Assembly (NCBI GenBank): GCA_030650275.1
Contig: JAUSEK010000015.1
Span: forward strand, 67,834-131,833
From: Candidatus Omnitrophota bacterium
GTDB taxonomy: Bacteria > Omnitrophota > Gorgyraeia > Zapsychrales > Fredricksoniimonadaceae
Direction: 5' to 3'
Length of the DNA stretch: 64,000 nt
Under the pieces are notes generated by a model that was not told where the DNA came from, did not search any database, and was given only the letters and a program-made list of their open reading frames with translations. How positions within the stretch are numbered: the stretch's first letter is position 1; every line of letters starts with the position of its first letter. Positions 31,377-41,528 of the stretch are shown one piece after another. A program made the translations under genes and the position numbers.

Positions 31377-31730
31377 ATGATAGAGTATATTGCAATTATA
31401 TTCGCTTTCCTATCTGCATTGGCCATTGCCGCGCTTTTACTGACCTTACCGAAGTTCCTTAGTCCCAAAGTCCCCAGTGAAGCGAAATCAAAGCCCTTTG
31501 AATGCGGCATGGAGCCCTTTGCTTTGCCAGGAGGGAACATGCCGGTGCATTTCTATATTGTGGCGATGCTTTTTATCGTGTTTGACGTTGAGCTGGTCTT
31601 TCTTTTTCCCTGGGCTGTCCTGTTTAGGGAATTGGGTGTTTTCGGGCTGGCGGAGATGGCTGTTTTCCTGGGGTTTGTGGCCCTGGGTTTCTGGTATGTT
31701 TGGAAAAAAAGAGCATTAGAGTGGGGGTGA
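31377..31730 (+). CDS. nuoA: NADH-quinone oxidoreductase subunit A
   Basis: 117 aa. 3 TM. KPFECGMEPF motif. Confidence 0.85.
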   Translation: MIEYIAIIFAFLSALAIAALLLTLPKFLSPKVPSEAKSKPFECGMEPFALPGGNMPVHFYIVAMLFIVFDVELVFLFPWAVLFRELGVFGLAEMAVFLGFVALGFWYVWKKRALEWG

Positions 31731-31734
31731 GCAC

Positions 31735-32301
31735 ATGTCTTTCTTAAGTTCCCCGACCGGTTTCTTGACTTCGACGATCAAAGATGCTCTGGGTTGGGCG
31801 CGCAAGTATTCCATTTTCCAATACCCGTTCGTTACGGCCTGCTGCGGCATGGAGTATATGTCCACCGCCGCCTCCCACTATGATGTGGACCGTTTCGGCG
31901 CGGGTTTTCCGCGTTTTTCCCCCCGGCAATCGGACGTCCTTTTTGTCGTCGGGACGATCAGCCACAAAATGGCCCCGGTCTTAAAGACCATTCATGACCA
32001 GATGTGCGAACCGAAATGGGTGGTGGCCTTCGGGGTTTGCACCTGCACCGGAGGGTTTTACGACAATTATTCAACCGTCATGGGCATTGACACCATCATT
32101 CCCGTGGACATTTATATCCCCGGCTGTCCTCCTCGTCCGGAGAACGTCATTGATGGCTTGATGAAACTCCAGGAGAAGATCCAAAAAGGGGAGCAGTCAA
32201 GGACCTTATATGACCCGCGCACCAAAACAGGCCGGCCTGCCGAATTAAGCCAGGGATATTCCATTGAGCAACATATCAAACACATAGAATCCTCGCCATG
32301 A
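31735..32301 (+). CDS. nuoB: NADH-quinone oxidoreductase subunit B
   Basis: 188 aa. CCGMEYM and GCPPRPE Fe-S ligand motifs. Confidence 0.9.
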   Translation: MSFLSSPTGFLTSTIKDALGWARKYSIFQYPFVTACCGMEYMSTAASHYDVDRFGAGFPRFSPRQSDVLFVVGTISHKMAPVLKTIHDQMCEPKWVVAFGVCTCTGGFYDNYSTVMGIDTIIPVDIYIPGCPPRPENVIDGLMKLQEKIQKGEQSRTLYDPRTKTGRPAELSQGYSIEQHIKHIESSP

Positions 32302-32831
32302 CACCCAACCTTACGACATCCAAGGAACAGGGAATATTGACGCCCTTGCAAAGAGTCCAGGAACAATTTTCACAGGAGGTCGTGGAGACCCATGCTTTCA
32401 GGGGGGACGAAACGCTTGTCATCCGCCCCGGCGCCTTGTTGGCCGTTGCCAAATTTTTGAAAACAGCGCCGGAACTGGATTTCAATTTCCTGATGGACCT
32501 GACGGCAGTGGATTATCTGTTTTTCGCCGGCGGAAGGGTCCAAAAAGAATTCCGTTTTGAAGTTGTTTATCATTTTTATTCCCTCAAACATAACCATCGG
32601 CTTCGCATCAAGGTCCCTGTGGACGAGAAGGACCCCGAGGTGGATACGCTGACAGGCCTTTGGCCGAGCGCTGATTGGTATGAACGGGAAGCGTGGGACA
32701 TGTTCGGCATTCAATTCAAAGGCCACCCGAATTTGAAACGGATCCTGATGTATGAAGAATTCCAGGGGCATGCCCTGCGCAAGGATTATCCGTTCAATAA
32801 ACGTCAACCGCTGATCGGACCACAGAACTGA
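32298..32831 (+). CDS. nuoC: NADH-quinone oxidoreductase subunit C
   Basis: 177 aa. 30-kDa subunit fold (WYEREAWDMFGI). Confidence 0.85.
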   Translation: MTPNLTTSKEQGILTPLQRVQEQFSQEVVETHAFRGDETLVIRPGALLAVAKFLKTAPELDFNFLMDLTAVDYLFFAGGRVQKEFRFEVVYHFYSLKHNHRLRIKVPVDEKDPEVDTLTGLWPSADWYEREAWDMFGIQFKGHPNLKRILMYEEFQGHALRKDYPFNKRQPLIGPQN

Positions 32832-34156
32832 TGGTAACCCAGACGCGCAACATGCTGTTGAACGTAGGCCCTTCGCACCCGGCGATGCACGGGGTCATCC
32901 GCTTGATCATGGAATTGGAAGGCGAGAAGATCAAAGGCGTGGACGTTGAGATCGGGTATCTGCACCGGGCCTTTGAGAAAATGTGCGAAACGGTCATGTA
33001 CGCCCAGTGCTTTCCCTACACCGACCGGCTGAATTACGTTTCTCCGCTTATCAATAACGTCGGTTTCGCGATGACCGTTGAGAAATTGCTGGGCATTGAT
33101 GTCCCGGAACGCGCGAAATACATCCGCGTCATCATGAGCGAGATCTCGCGCGTCACCGACCATCTGACCTGCATCGGCGCTTCCGCCATGGAGCTGGGGG
33201 CCATGTCGGTGTTTTTGTATATGATCAAGGCCCGCGAATATTTGTATGAACTGGTGGAAGAGATCACCGGCGCCCGTCTGACCATTTCTTATGTCCGTAT
33301 CGGCGGGGTCAAGGCCGATCTGACCGCGGGCTTCGTTGACAAGGCCTTCCAGAAGATCGCGGACGTCCGCAAAGTCCTCATTGAGGTGGATGAGCTATTG
33401 ACCCGCAACCGCATTTTTTTTGACCGCATGAAGGGCATCGGCACGATCTCTGCCGACGACGCGATCGCCTACGGGATCACGGGTCCATTCTTAAGGTCCA
33501 CAGGCGTTGCCTATGATGTCCGCAAGGCCAATCCGTATCTCATCTATGACCGCCTGGATTTTGAAGTCCCCACCGGGACCACGGGGGACAATCTGGACCG
33601 TTATTTTGTCCGCATGGCAGAGATGGAGCAAAGCTTGCGGATGATCGAGCAATGCTTCCAGCAGATCCCCGATGGGGCCGTTTCCGGCGAGTTAACGGGC
33701 TGTTTGGTCCCTGCCGCCCAGATGGTTGACCGCGCCAAGATGGGACAAACCGAAGATCTCATTGAAGATGAGGTTGATCTGGATCCCACGTTGCAGGGAG
33801 GGACAAAGAGATATCACGATGCCATCAACGCGGATCAAAAAGACGTTGTCCTGCCCGCCAAAGAAAATACCTACGGCAATATTGAGGGTTTGATGAACCA
33901 CTTTAAGCTGGTCATGTATGGCCACGGGATCCGTCCTCCCGTCGGAGAGGTTTATTTCCCCGTGGAAGGGGCCAATGGAGAATTGGGATTTTATATTGTC
34001 AGTGACGGCAGGGACCTTCCCTGGAGGGTGCGCGTCCATCCGCCGTGTTTCCCGATCATGGCCGCGCTGCCCAAATGTCTGGTCGGCGGCATGATGGCAG
34101 ACATGGTCTCCACATTCGGGTCCGTCAACATGATCGCGGGCGAGCTGGATAGATAA
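32831..34156 (+). CDS. nuoD: NADH-quinone oxidoreductase subunit D
   Basis: 441 aa. 49-kDa subunit (LNVGPSHPAMHGVIRL; C-terminal RVHPPCFP). Confidence 0.9.
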   Translation: MVTQTRNMLLNVGPSHPAMHGVIRLIMELEGEKIKGVDVEIGYLHRAFEKMCETVMYAQCFPYTDRLNYVSPLINNVGFAMTVEKLLGIDVPERAKYIRVIMSEISRVTDHLTCIGASAMELGAMSVFLYMIKAREYLYELVEEITGARLTISYVRIGGVKADLTAGFVDKAFQKIADVRKVLIEVDELLTRNRIFFDRMKGIGTISADDAIAYGITGPFLRSTGVAYDVRKANPYLIYDRLDFEVPTGTTGDNLDRYFVRMAEMEQSLRMIEQCFQQIPDGAVSGELTGCLVPAAQMVDRAKMGQTEDLIEDEVDLDPTLQGGTKRYHDAINADQKDVVLPAKENTYGNIEGLMNHFKLVMYGHGIRPPVGEVYFPVEGANGELGFYIVSDGRDLPWRVRVHPPCFPIMAALPKCLVGGMMADMVSTFGSVNMIAGELDR

Positions 34157-34157
34157 A

Positions 34158-34622
34158 ATGTTCACCACAGATCTGTTACGACAATTGGACAAGATCGCAG
34201 GTCAGTATGAGCAAAAACAGGCCGCGCTTTTGCCTGTTCTGCACGCGATCCAGGAGAAGGAGGGGTTGATCTCCCCGGAGTCGGAACAGGACGTTTCCCG
34301 GTATTTGGGCATTCCCGTGGTCCACGTCCATGAAGCGGTTTCTTTTTACCATTTGTTCCATCAAACAAAAAAAGGCAAATGCCATTTTTCGGTCTGTCAG
34401 ACCACGTCCTGCGCCTTGCTCGGAGGCGAGGACATCATTGAACATCTTAAAACGCGCCTGGGGATCAAGTCCGGGGAAACAACTCCCGACGGAAAGTTCA
34501 GTTTGAGCGTGGTGGAGTGCCTGGGGGCGTGCGAGTTAGCGCCCATGATGCAGTACAACAAGGAATACAGGGGTTTCTTGAACAAAAAGAAGATCGATGA
34601 GTTGATCGATAAGAATAAATGA
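34158..34622 (+). CDS. nuoE: NADH-quinone oxidoreductase subunit E
   Basis: 154 aa. 2Fe-2S thioredoxin-like (CQTTSCALLGGE...CLGACELAP). Confidence 0.9.
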   Translation: MFTTDLLRQLDKIAGQYEQKQAALLPVLHAIQEKEGLISPESEQDVSRYLGIPVVHVHEAVSFYHLFHQTKKGKCHFSVCQTTSCALLGGEDIIEHLKTRLGIKSGETTPDGKFSLSVVECLGACELAPMMQYNKEYRGFLNKKKIDELIDKNK

Positions 34623-34701
34623 CACCGAAGGTGTCACCCCCGAATGTTTTAGTCGGGGGTCCAGTGCACTGGATTCCCGATAAAAGCATTCGGGAATGAC
34701 A
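34619..34701 (-). repeat. Copy B of the ~90-bp multi-hairpin repeat, reverse orientation, in the nuoE|nuoF spacer
   Basis: Its reverse complement aligns base-for-base with copy A except for a 13-bp indel. Confidence 0.85.
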
Positions 34702-34710
34702 AGGATTGTT

Positions 34711-35970
34711 ATGGAAAAAGTCCTCACCAGAAATTTCGGCCTGGAAAATTCGCACCGCCTTGAGACCTATCTTAAAAACAAGGGTTATCAGGCGGCCCGC
34801 AAGGCCTTGACCAAAATGACGGGGCCCCAAGTCATTGATGAGATCAAAAAGTCCAATCTGCGGGGGCTCGGAGGGGCAGGTTTCCCGACGGGGATGAAGT
34901 GGGGCTTTATCCCGCAGGCCAACCCGAAACCGAAATATTTGGTCGTCAACGGGGATGAAGGCGAGCCGGGCACGTTCAAGGATAAATACATTTTTGAAAA
35001 AGATCCCCACGCCCTGCTTGAAGGGATCATCATCACCTGCTATGCCATCGCAAGTCACAAGGCCTATGTGTATGTCCGCGGCGAATACGTCAAATCCATG
35101 CAGACCCTGCAAGCCGCGATCGACGAGGCAAATTCATCGGGGTATTTGGGCAAGGGGATCATGGGAACGACGTTTGATCTTGATGTGGTCGTGCATCCGG
35201 GGGCCGGGGCATACATTTGCGGGGAGGAAACAGCGCTTTTGGAATCGCTGGAAGGCAAAAAAGGATTTCCCCGCCTTAAGCCGCCGTTTCCCGCGGTGGT
35301 GGGATTATTTGGATGCCCGACGGTGATCAACAATGTTGAGACCCTCTCCTGCGTGGGGCCCATCATTGCCAACGGCGGTGAATGGTTCGCCAAATTGGGC
35401 TCTCCCAAAAATGGCGGGAACCGGCTTTTTTGCGTGAGCGGGCATGTGAATAAACCCGGGGTTTATGAACTGCCCAACGGCATCACCCTGCGCGCAATCA
35501 TCTATGAGCATGCCGGAGGGATCCCCAACGGCAGGAAACTCAAAGCCGTTATCCCCGGGGGAATATCAGCTCCGGTCCTGACCGCGGATGAAATTGATGT
35601 GAAAATGGATTTTGATTCCTTAAAAGCGATCGGCTCCATGGCCGGCTCCGGCGGGATCATCGTCATGGATGACACCACGGACATGGTCTGGGCAGCCATG
35701 GTCGCGGCGCGGTTTTTCGCGCATGAATCCTGCGGCCAGTGTTCGCCCTGCCGCGAGGGCAGCGGATGGGTCTACAACAATTTGAAAAAACTTTATCAAG
35801 GGGGAGCGCGGCCGCATGATCTGGCCAATCTTCCGGGGATCATCGGCAATATCGGCGGCAACACGATCTGCGCTTTTGGCGACGCGGTGACCATGTCCGT
35901 CGGCAGTTATGTCTCCAAATTCCGCGAAGAGTTTGAAAACAAGATCAAAGAGAGAGTATGCCGAATCTGA
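34711..35970 (+). CDS. nuoF: NADH-quinone oxidoreductase subunit F
   Basis: ORF from 34696. The likely start is MEKVLT at 34711, just after the repeat. NADH/FMN motifs (GLGGAGFPTG). 4Fe-4S (ESCGQCSPCREG). Confidence 0.9.
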   Translation: MEKVLTRNFGLENSHRLETYLKNKGYQAARKALTKMTGPQVIDEIKKSNLRGLGGAGFPTGMKWGFIPQANPKPKYLVVNGDEGEPGTFKDKYIFEKDPHALLEGIIITCYAIASHKAYVYVRGEYVKSMQTLQAAIDEANSSGYLGKGIMGTTFDLDVVVHPGAGAYICGEETALLESLEGKKGFPRLKPPFPAVVGLFGCPTVINNVETLSCVGPIIANGGEWFAKLGSPKNGGNRLFCVSGHVNKPGVYELPNGITLRAIIYEHAGGIPNGRKLKAVIPGGISAPVLTADEIDVKMDFDSLKAIGSMAGSGGIIVMDDTTDMVWAAMVAARFFAHESCGQCSPCREGSGWVYNNLKKLYQGGARPHDLANLPGIIGNIGGNTICAFGDAVTMSVGSYVSKFREEFENKIKERVCRI

Positions 35971-37529
35971 CCATTGACGGACAAAAGATAGAGGTCCCGG
36001 CCGGGACAACAATTATCCAGGCCGCGGAGAAATTGGGAATTGAAATTCCCCGTTACTGTTATCATCCGGCCCTGCCTGTGGCCGGCAATTGCCGCATCTG
36101 CATGGTGGAAGTTGAAAAACAGCCCAAACTGCAGATCGCCTGCTATACGCCGGTGGCCGCGGGCATGGTTGTTAAGACGACTTCCCCCAAAGTTCTTGAA
36201 GCCCGTAAAAACGTATTGGAATTTTTGCTCGTCAATCATCCGCTGGACTGCCCGGTGTGTGACCAGGCCGGGGAGTGCAAGCTCCAGGATTACTATATGG
36301 AACATGGCCAGTACGATAGCCGTCTGGCGTCTGTGAAGGTCAAAAAAGAAAAAAAGGCCTTTTCCATCGGCCCGACGGTGATGCTGGACCAGGAACGCTG
36401 CATCCTCTGCACCCGCTGTGTGCGTTTTACGGATACGATCACCAAGACCAGCGAATTCGGGGTTTTTGACCGCGGTGATCATTCACAGCTGGATGTTTAT
36501 CCCGGCAAAGAGCTGGACAACAAATATTCCGGGAACGTCGTTGATATTTGCCCGGTCGGTGCTTTGACCGACAAGGACTTCCGCTTCAAATGCCGTGTTT
36601 GGTATCTGGACCACACCAAATCCGTGTGTCCGGGCTGCAGCATGGGGTGCAATATTGACATTGATTGGGACAAGTCGCGGCCGCACACAGAGAAAAAAGA
36701 GCGCGTGATGCGCTTAAAGCCGCGGCACAACCCCGACGTCAACAATTACTGGATCTGCGACAGCGGACGGTACAATTACCATTTTATTGACGAGAACCGT
36801 ATCCTGTCCCCGCAATACTTGGACAAGATCGTTGAATGGGGCGAGGCGATGGAACGGGTCGCCGAAACGATCCAATCCACCAAGGCGGAGCGCATTGGGG
36901 TTTTGGCCTCGGCCCAACTGACCAATGAAGACCTGTTCGTTATCCGCAAATTGTTCAAAGACACCCTTAAAGCGCACGTGGATTTCAGGGTGCCTGAAAA
37001 ACCGGGTGATAGTGATGATTTCCTTATCAAAGCGGACAAGAATCCCAACACGGCCGGCGCAGCGTCCATCCTTGGGGCCCAGGCAGACGCGCAGACCATC
37101 GTGCAAAAAGCAAAGCAGGGAGAACTTGACCTTCTTTATGTGTTCGGCCATGACCTGGTCAAGCTATTCGGCAAAGAGACCGTCGCGCAAATCGCCAAGA
37201 AGACCAAACTTTTTGTTTTTCAGGGCAGCAATATCAACGACACCTGCGGCTATGCCCATTTGAACCTGCCCAGCAGTGTTTACGCGGAAAAAGACGGGAC
37301 ATTCACCAATTGCCAGCAGAGGGTGCAGCGCATCCGGCCGGCATTCTTTCCGTTGGGCGAATCCAAAGGTGATTGGGAGATCGTGTCCTTTGTCGCCGGA
37401 CAATTGGGGGCCCCGCTTTCTTACAAAGGTCCCCAGGACGTATTTGATGACATCGTCAAAACCGTTGCCGGGTTTGCGGGGATGTCTTATGAGAAGATCG
37501 GCGATCAAGGAATGATCTTAAAAAAATAA
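35958..37529 (+). CDS. nuoG: NADH-quinone oxidoreductase subunit G (short form)
   Basis: 523 aa. 2Fe-2S and 4Fe-4S N-terminal cysteine clusters (CYHPALPVAGNCRIC; CPVCDQAGEC; CILCTRC). Confidence 0.85.
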   Translation: MPNLTIDGQKIEVPAGTTIIQAAEKLGIEIPRYCYHPALPVAGNCRICMVEVEKQPKLQIACYTPVAAGMVVKTTSPKVLEARKNVLEFLLVNHPLDCPVCDQAGECKLQDYYMEHGQYDSRLASVKVKKEKKAFSIGPTVMLDQERCILCTRCVRFTDTITKTSEFGVFDRGDHSQLDVYPGKELDNKYSGNVVDICPVGALTDKDFRFKCRVWYLDHTKSVCPGCSMGCNIDIDWDKSRPHTEKKERVMRLKPRHNPDVNNYWICDSGRYNYHFIDENRILSPQYLDKIVEWGEAMERVAETIQSTKAERIGVLASAQLTNEDLFVIRKLFKDTLKAHVDFRVPEKPGDSDDFLIKADKNPNTAGAASILGAQADAQTIVQKAKQGELDLLYVFGHDLVKLFGKETVAQIAKKTKLFVFQGSNINDTCGYAHLNLPSSVYAEKDGTFTNCQQRVQRIRPAFFPLGESKGDWEIVSFVAGQLGAPLSYKGPQDVFDDIVKTVAGFAGMSYEKIGDQGMILKK

Positions 37530-37532
37530 ACC

Positions 37533-38621
37533 ATGCAAGACATTTGGATCAAACTGATATTGGCCTGCGGTACGATATCAATGATGTTCGGCATCGCCGG
37601 GCTGTTGACCTGGGTTGAGCGCAAGCAAAGCGCGGTGATGCAGGACCGCATCGGCGCTAACCGCGCGTCCATTTTCGGCTTCAAGGCTCTGGGCCTTTTT
37701 CACGCCATCGCCGACGTGCTCAAAATGCTTAGCAAAGAGGAATTCATCCCACAGGGCGCCAACAAGTTCCTGTTCAATATTGCCCCTTATTTATCCATCA
37801 CGTTCGCTCTGGTCGGTTTTGCGGCCATCCCCATCGGCGATCAGCTGATCGTGGGGACCAAGGTCATTGAACTTCAGGCCGCGAATATCAACATTGCCCT
37901 TCTTTTTATTTTTGCCATGATGTCCATGAGCGTTTATGGCGTGGTGCTGGCCGGGTTTTCTTCCAATAATAATTATGCTTTTTTGGGCGGGATGCGCGGC
38001 GCCGCCCAGATGATCGCGTATGAGATCACCATGGGGGCGGCCATCATGGGCGTCATCATGGTCTATAACACGCTGGACCTTCAAGCGCTGGTCCGCGCTC
38101 AAGGGGAATATCTGATGGGTGGCTGGCTTCCCAAATGGGGGGTCTTTGTCCAGCCGCTGGCCTTTATTTTATTTTTGACCGCGGCCACGGCCGAGACCAA
38201 ACGCACCCCGTTTGACCTTCCCGAGGGGGAGTCGGAGATCGTCGGCTATTTCGTGGAATACAGCGGCATGAAATTCGGCATGTTCTTTATGGCCGATTTG
38301 GTGGAAACAGTCCTGGTTTCCGCCCTCATGACGACCTTGTTTTTGGGCGGATGGCAGGTGCCTTATCTGCATCCGGATGGATTTCACTTCCCGTGGGGGA
38401 GCTTTGCCGCGCTGCCGCATCTGGCTGTCGCGGGCTTAGGGGTTTTGGCGTTCTTTGCCAAACTGACTTTCTTTATCGGGATGTTAATGGCTGTGCGCTG
38501 GACCCTGCCGAGATTCCGTTATGACCAACTGATGCGTTTAGGATGGCAGATATTGCTTCCGGCATCCCTGGTTAACATCGCGGTCACGGCAATTGTGCTT
38601 ATAGTATTTAAAATTTTATAA
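37533..38621 (+). CDS. nuoH: NADH-quinone oxidoreductase subunit H
   Basis: 362 aa. 8-TM NuoH/ND1 core. Confidence 0.9.
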   Translation: MQDIWIKLILACGTISMMFGIAGLLTWVERKQSAVMQDRIGANRASIFGFKALGLFHAIADVLKMLSKEEFIPQGANKFLFNIAPYLSITFALVGFAAIPIGDQLIVGTKVIELQAANINIALLFIFAMMSMSVYGVVLAGFSSNNNYAFLGGMRGAAQMIAYEITMGAAIMGVIMVYNTLDLQALVRAQGEYLMGGWLPKWGVFVQPLAFILFLTAATAETKRTPFDLPEGESEIVGYFVEYSGMKFGMFFMADLVETVLVSALMTTLFLGGWQVPYLHPDGFHFPWGSFAALPHLAVAGLGVLAFFAKLTFFIGMLMAVRWTLPRFRYDQLMRLGWQILLPASLVNIAVTAIVLIVFKIL

Positions 38622-38675
38622 GAGTATGATTTTTTCCGCCAGAGGCGGATCCGCCTTTGGCGGAAAGGTGAATTC

Positions 38676-39260
38676 ATGGAACACCCGGAACTTGAGAAAT
38701 ATTTTGATGTCAAAGGGCCTTTTGCTTTTTTGCGCTTGGCCCAGATGAAGCGGGCGTGGAAGAACAAGAACCGCCGTGAATTGACATGGTGGGAGAATAC
38801 CTATATCCCGTCGGTGGTCAGCGGCATCTATCTGACCTCCAAACATTTCTTCCGCAACTTCACCCTGCACGTTTTTCATGCCGTCGGCCTTTTTAAGGAA
38901 ATTCCCGCCGCGGTCACGTGTCAATATCCCGAACAGACCCGGCCTTTGGCCAGCCGGACAAGGACGCGCCACCGGCTGACGAAACGCGAGGACGGTTCTC
39001 CCCGGTGTGTGGCCTGCATGATGTGCGAGACCGTCTGCCCCGCCCGCTGCATTGAGATCACGGCGGCCGAACACCCGGACCCCAACATTGAGAAATACCC
39101 AGCCGAATTCATCCTGGATCTGGGCAAATGCGTCTACTGCGGTTTTTGCGTGGAGGTCTGCCCGGAAGATGCCATCCGCATGGACACCGGCCGGCTCGAT
39201 ATCGCTGAATATTCCCGCGAAAGCATGATTTACGACAAAAAGCGGCTGATGGAAGAGTAA
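38676..39260 (+). CDS. nuoI: NADH-quinone oxidoreductase subunit I
   Basis: 194 aa. Two 4Fe-4S ferredoxin motifs (CVACMMCETVCP; CVYCGFCVEVCP). Confidence 0.85.
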   Translation: MEHPELEKYFDVKGPFAFLRLAQMKRAWKNKNRRELTWWENTYIPSVVSGIYLTSKHFFRNFTLHVFHAVGLFKEIPAAVTCQYPEQTRPLASRTRTRHRLTKREDGSPRCVACMMCETVCPARCIEITAAEHPDPNIEKYPAEFILDLGKCVYCGFCVEVCPEDAIRMDTGRLDIAEYSRESMIYDKKRLMEE

Positions 39261-39269
39261 AGGAGGGTA

Positions 39270-41528
39270 ATGAGAATAACGTTGAGACTTGTGTGTTTCT
39301 TGGTCGGTATTGTGGCCCTGGTCGCGCTCGTGTTCTCATTCTGGCAGGTCAGGCAGGAAGAAGACCGTCTCAAGGGAGAATTGGAAAAAAGGGCCGGTGT
39401 TTTTGCCGACAGCCTCAAGATCGCGGTTGAGCCGTTATTATCGGCTGATAATGTTCAGGCCCTTCAGAGCATGGTGGACAGGTTTTCTAATCGTGAACGG
39501 CTGGTTGGCATCGCCATTCATGATGTCCGGGAAAATTTGATCGTCGCATCCACGGAGATCCGTCCGCGGCTGGAAAAAGACCCGGGCTTCTGGGCGCAGG
39601 GGGTCCAGGACGTTGAGCGTTCAGGCGGGGAGCACGGCAGTTTTATGGGCTTCGGGAACGAGGCATTATATGTGTATGCCATTCCGATCCTGGCGGACAA
39701 CGAGGTCACGCGCGTTCTGTCGATCTTTTATGATGCCGGTTATATCCAGGAACGCATCCACCGCCTCTGGATCAACAGTTTTTGGCGGGCCTCTATCCAG
39801 GCATTCCTGATCACATTAGCGACGTTTCTTCTTATTTATCTCAACGTGATGGCCCCCATCAAGAAAACCACCGAATGGATCAGGAGGATCCGCAAAGGTG
39901 AATCTGTTCCCAGGCTGGATGCCAAGGGAGAATTGCTGCTGGGCCCTTTGGCCCAGGAGATCACACAAATGGCCAAAAGTTTGGAGATGGCCAGATTTGC
40001 CGCCGAGGAAGAGGCCCGTTTGCGGTATTCTTCGGAATCCCGATGGACGCCGGAGCGTTTGAAGGAGGTGGTACGGCTCAAGCTTAAGGACAAGCCGCTG
40101 TTCGTGGTCTCCAACAGGGAGCCGTACATGCATATTCATAACGGCAATCGGATCGAGTGCATTGTCCCGGCCAGCGGCTTGGTCACGGCCCTTGAGCCGG
40201 TGCTCAATGCCTGCGGAGGCACATGGATCGCGCAGGGCTCGGGTGACGCGGACAGGGAAACGGTCGACAAGAACGATAAGGTCAGGGTCCCTGTGCAGGA
40301 GCCGAAATACACCCTGCGGCGCGTATGGGTGGACAAGGACGTGGAAGAAGGATTTTATTCCGGATTTTCTAATGAAGGACTATGGCCTTTGTGCCATATC
40401 GCGCATACCCGGCCCATTTTCAGGAGCAAGGACTGGGCCGATTACAAGGCCGTCAACAAGAAGTTTGCCGACGCGGTCCTGCAAGAGATCGACGGGGTGG
40501 AGGGGCCTTATATTTTGATACAGGATTATCATTTTGCGTTGCTGCCGCGTTTGATCAAAACGGCAAGGCCGGATGCGCGGGTGGCGATCTTCTGGCACAT
40601 TCCGTGGCCGAATCCGGAATCGTTCGGCATTTGTCCATGGCGCAAAGACCTTTTGCAGGGCATGCTCGGCGCGGACCTTATCGGTTTCCATACGCAATTC
40701 CATTGCAATAACTTTATCGAATCCGTGGACCGGTTCCTCGAATGCCGCATTGATTATGAGCATTTTACCGTCAATCGTGAGGGCCACACCACATGGATCA
40801 AGCCGTTTGCCATCAGCATCGATTTCAATCCCGCCGACGGGGCCCAGCCCCAGACCCCATCCACAAAAGAGGGCCTGCTGAAACCCCACGGCATCCAGGC
40901 CCAATGGCTTGGTGTGGGAGTGGACCGGCTGGATTATACCAAGGGCATCGTGGAAAGGTTTCGGGCCATCGAGAACCTGCTGGACAATCATTCGGCCTTC
41001 AAGGGAAAACTCACCTTTGTCGAATTGGGGGCCCCGAGCCGCATCATGATCCCCAAGTATAAGGAATTCATCGATGAGATCGTCAAGGAGACCGAGCGCA
41101 TCAACGCGAAGTTCAAAACAAAGAACTGGCAGCCCATCCTGCTGTTGATGAAACACCACAGCCACAAGGACATCATCCCGTTTTATAAGGCCGCGGACGT
41201 GTGCATGGTGACGTCCTTGCACGACGGGATGAACCTGGTCGCCAAGGAATTCATTGCGGCGCGCGATGATGAGCAAGGAGTGCTGGTCCTAAGCCAGTTC
41301 ACCGGGGCTTCCAGGGAATTGAAGGACGCGCTGATCGTCAATCCTTATGATGTCGGTCAGATGTCGGAGGCACTCAAGCAGGCCCTGGAAATGCCGGACA
41401 AGGAACAGGCCGAGCGCATGAAGCGCATGCGCGATATCATCAAAGACAACAATATTTACCGCTGGGCCGGCGAACTGGTGGGACAATTGACCCAGGTCCG
41501 GATCGAGGGCGAGGAACCTTCCGCATGA
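39270..41528 (+). CDS. otsA: Membrane sensor-domain/HAMP-like::trehalose-6-phosphate synthase (GT20, OtsA) fusion
   Basis: 752 aa. TM1 (residues ~5-25). About 150 aa predicted periplasmic. TM2 (~aa 170-190). Amphipathic HAMP-like linker. Complete GT20 OtsA catalytic region from ~aa 270 ([12 protein letters not shown]..., [21 protein letters not shown]). Confidence 0.8.
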   Translation: MRITLRLVCFLVGIVALVALVFSFWQVRQEEDRLKGELEKRAGVFADSLKIAVEPLLSADNVQALQSMVDRFSNRERLVGIAIHDVRENLIVASTEIRPRLEKDPGFWAQGVQDVERSGGEHGSFMGFGNEALYVYAIPILADNEVTRVLSIFYDAGYIQERIHRLWINSFWRASIQAFLITLATFLLIYLNVMAPIKKTTEWIRRIRKGESVPRLDAKGELLLGPLAQEITQMAKSLEMARFAAEEEARLRYSSESRWTPERLKEVVRLKLKDKPLFVVSNREPYMHIHNGNRIECIVPASGLVTALEPVLNACGGTWIAQGSGDADRETVDKNDKVRVPVQEPKYTLRRVWVDKDVEEGFYSGFSNEGLWPLCHIAHTRPIFRSKDWADYKAVNKKFADAVLQEIDGVEGPYILIQDYHFALLPRLIKTARPDARVAIFWHIPWPNPESFGICPWRKDLLQGMLGADLIGFHTQFHCNNFIESVDRFLECRIDYEHFTVNREGHTTWIKPFAISIDFNPADGAQPQTPSTKEGLLKPHGIQAQWLGVGVDRLDYTKGIVERFRAIENLLDNHSAFKGKLTFVELGAPSRIMIPKYKEFIDEIVKETERINAKFKTKNWQPILLLMKHHSHKDIIPFYKAADVCMVTSLHDGMNLVAKEFIAARDDEQGVLVLSQFTGASRELKDALIVNPYDVGQMSEALKQALEMPDKEQAERMKRMRDIIKDNNIYRWAGELVGQLTQVRIEGEEPSA

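Noticed and set aside
34498-35112. ORF 34498-35112 (-) spanning the nuoE|nuoF junction
   Set aside because: Antisense to nuoE/nuoF and crosses the intergenic repeat. No motifs.
40380-41276. ORF 40380-41276 (-) inside otsA
   Set aside because: Antisense shadow ORF. otsA carries clear GT20 motifs in the plus frame.
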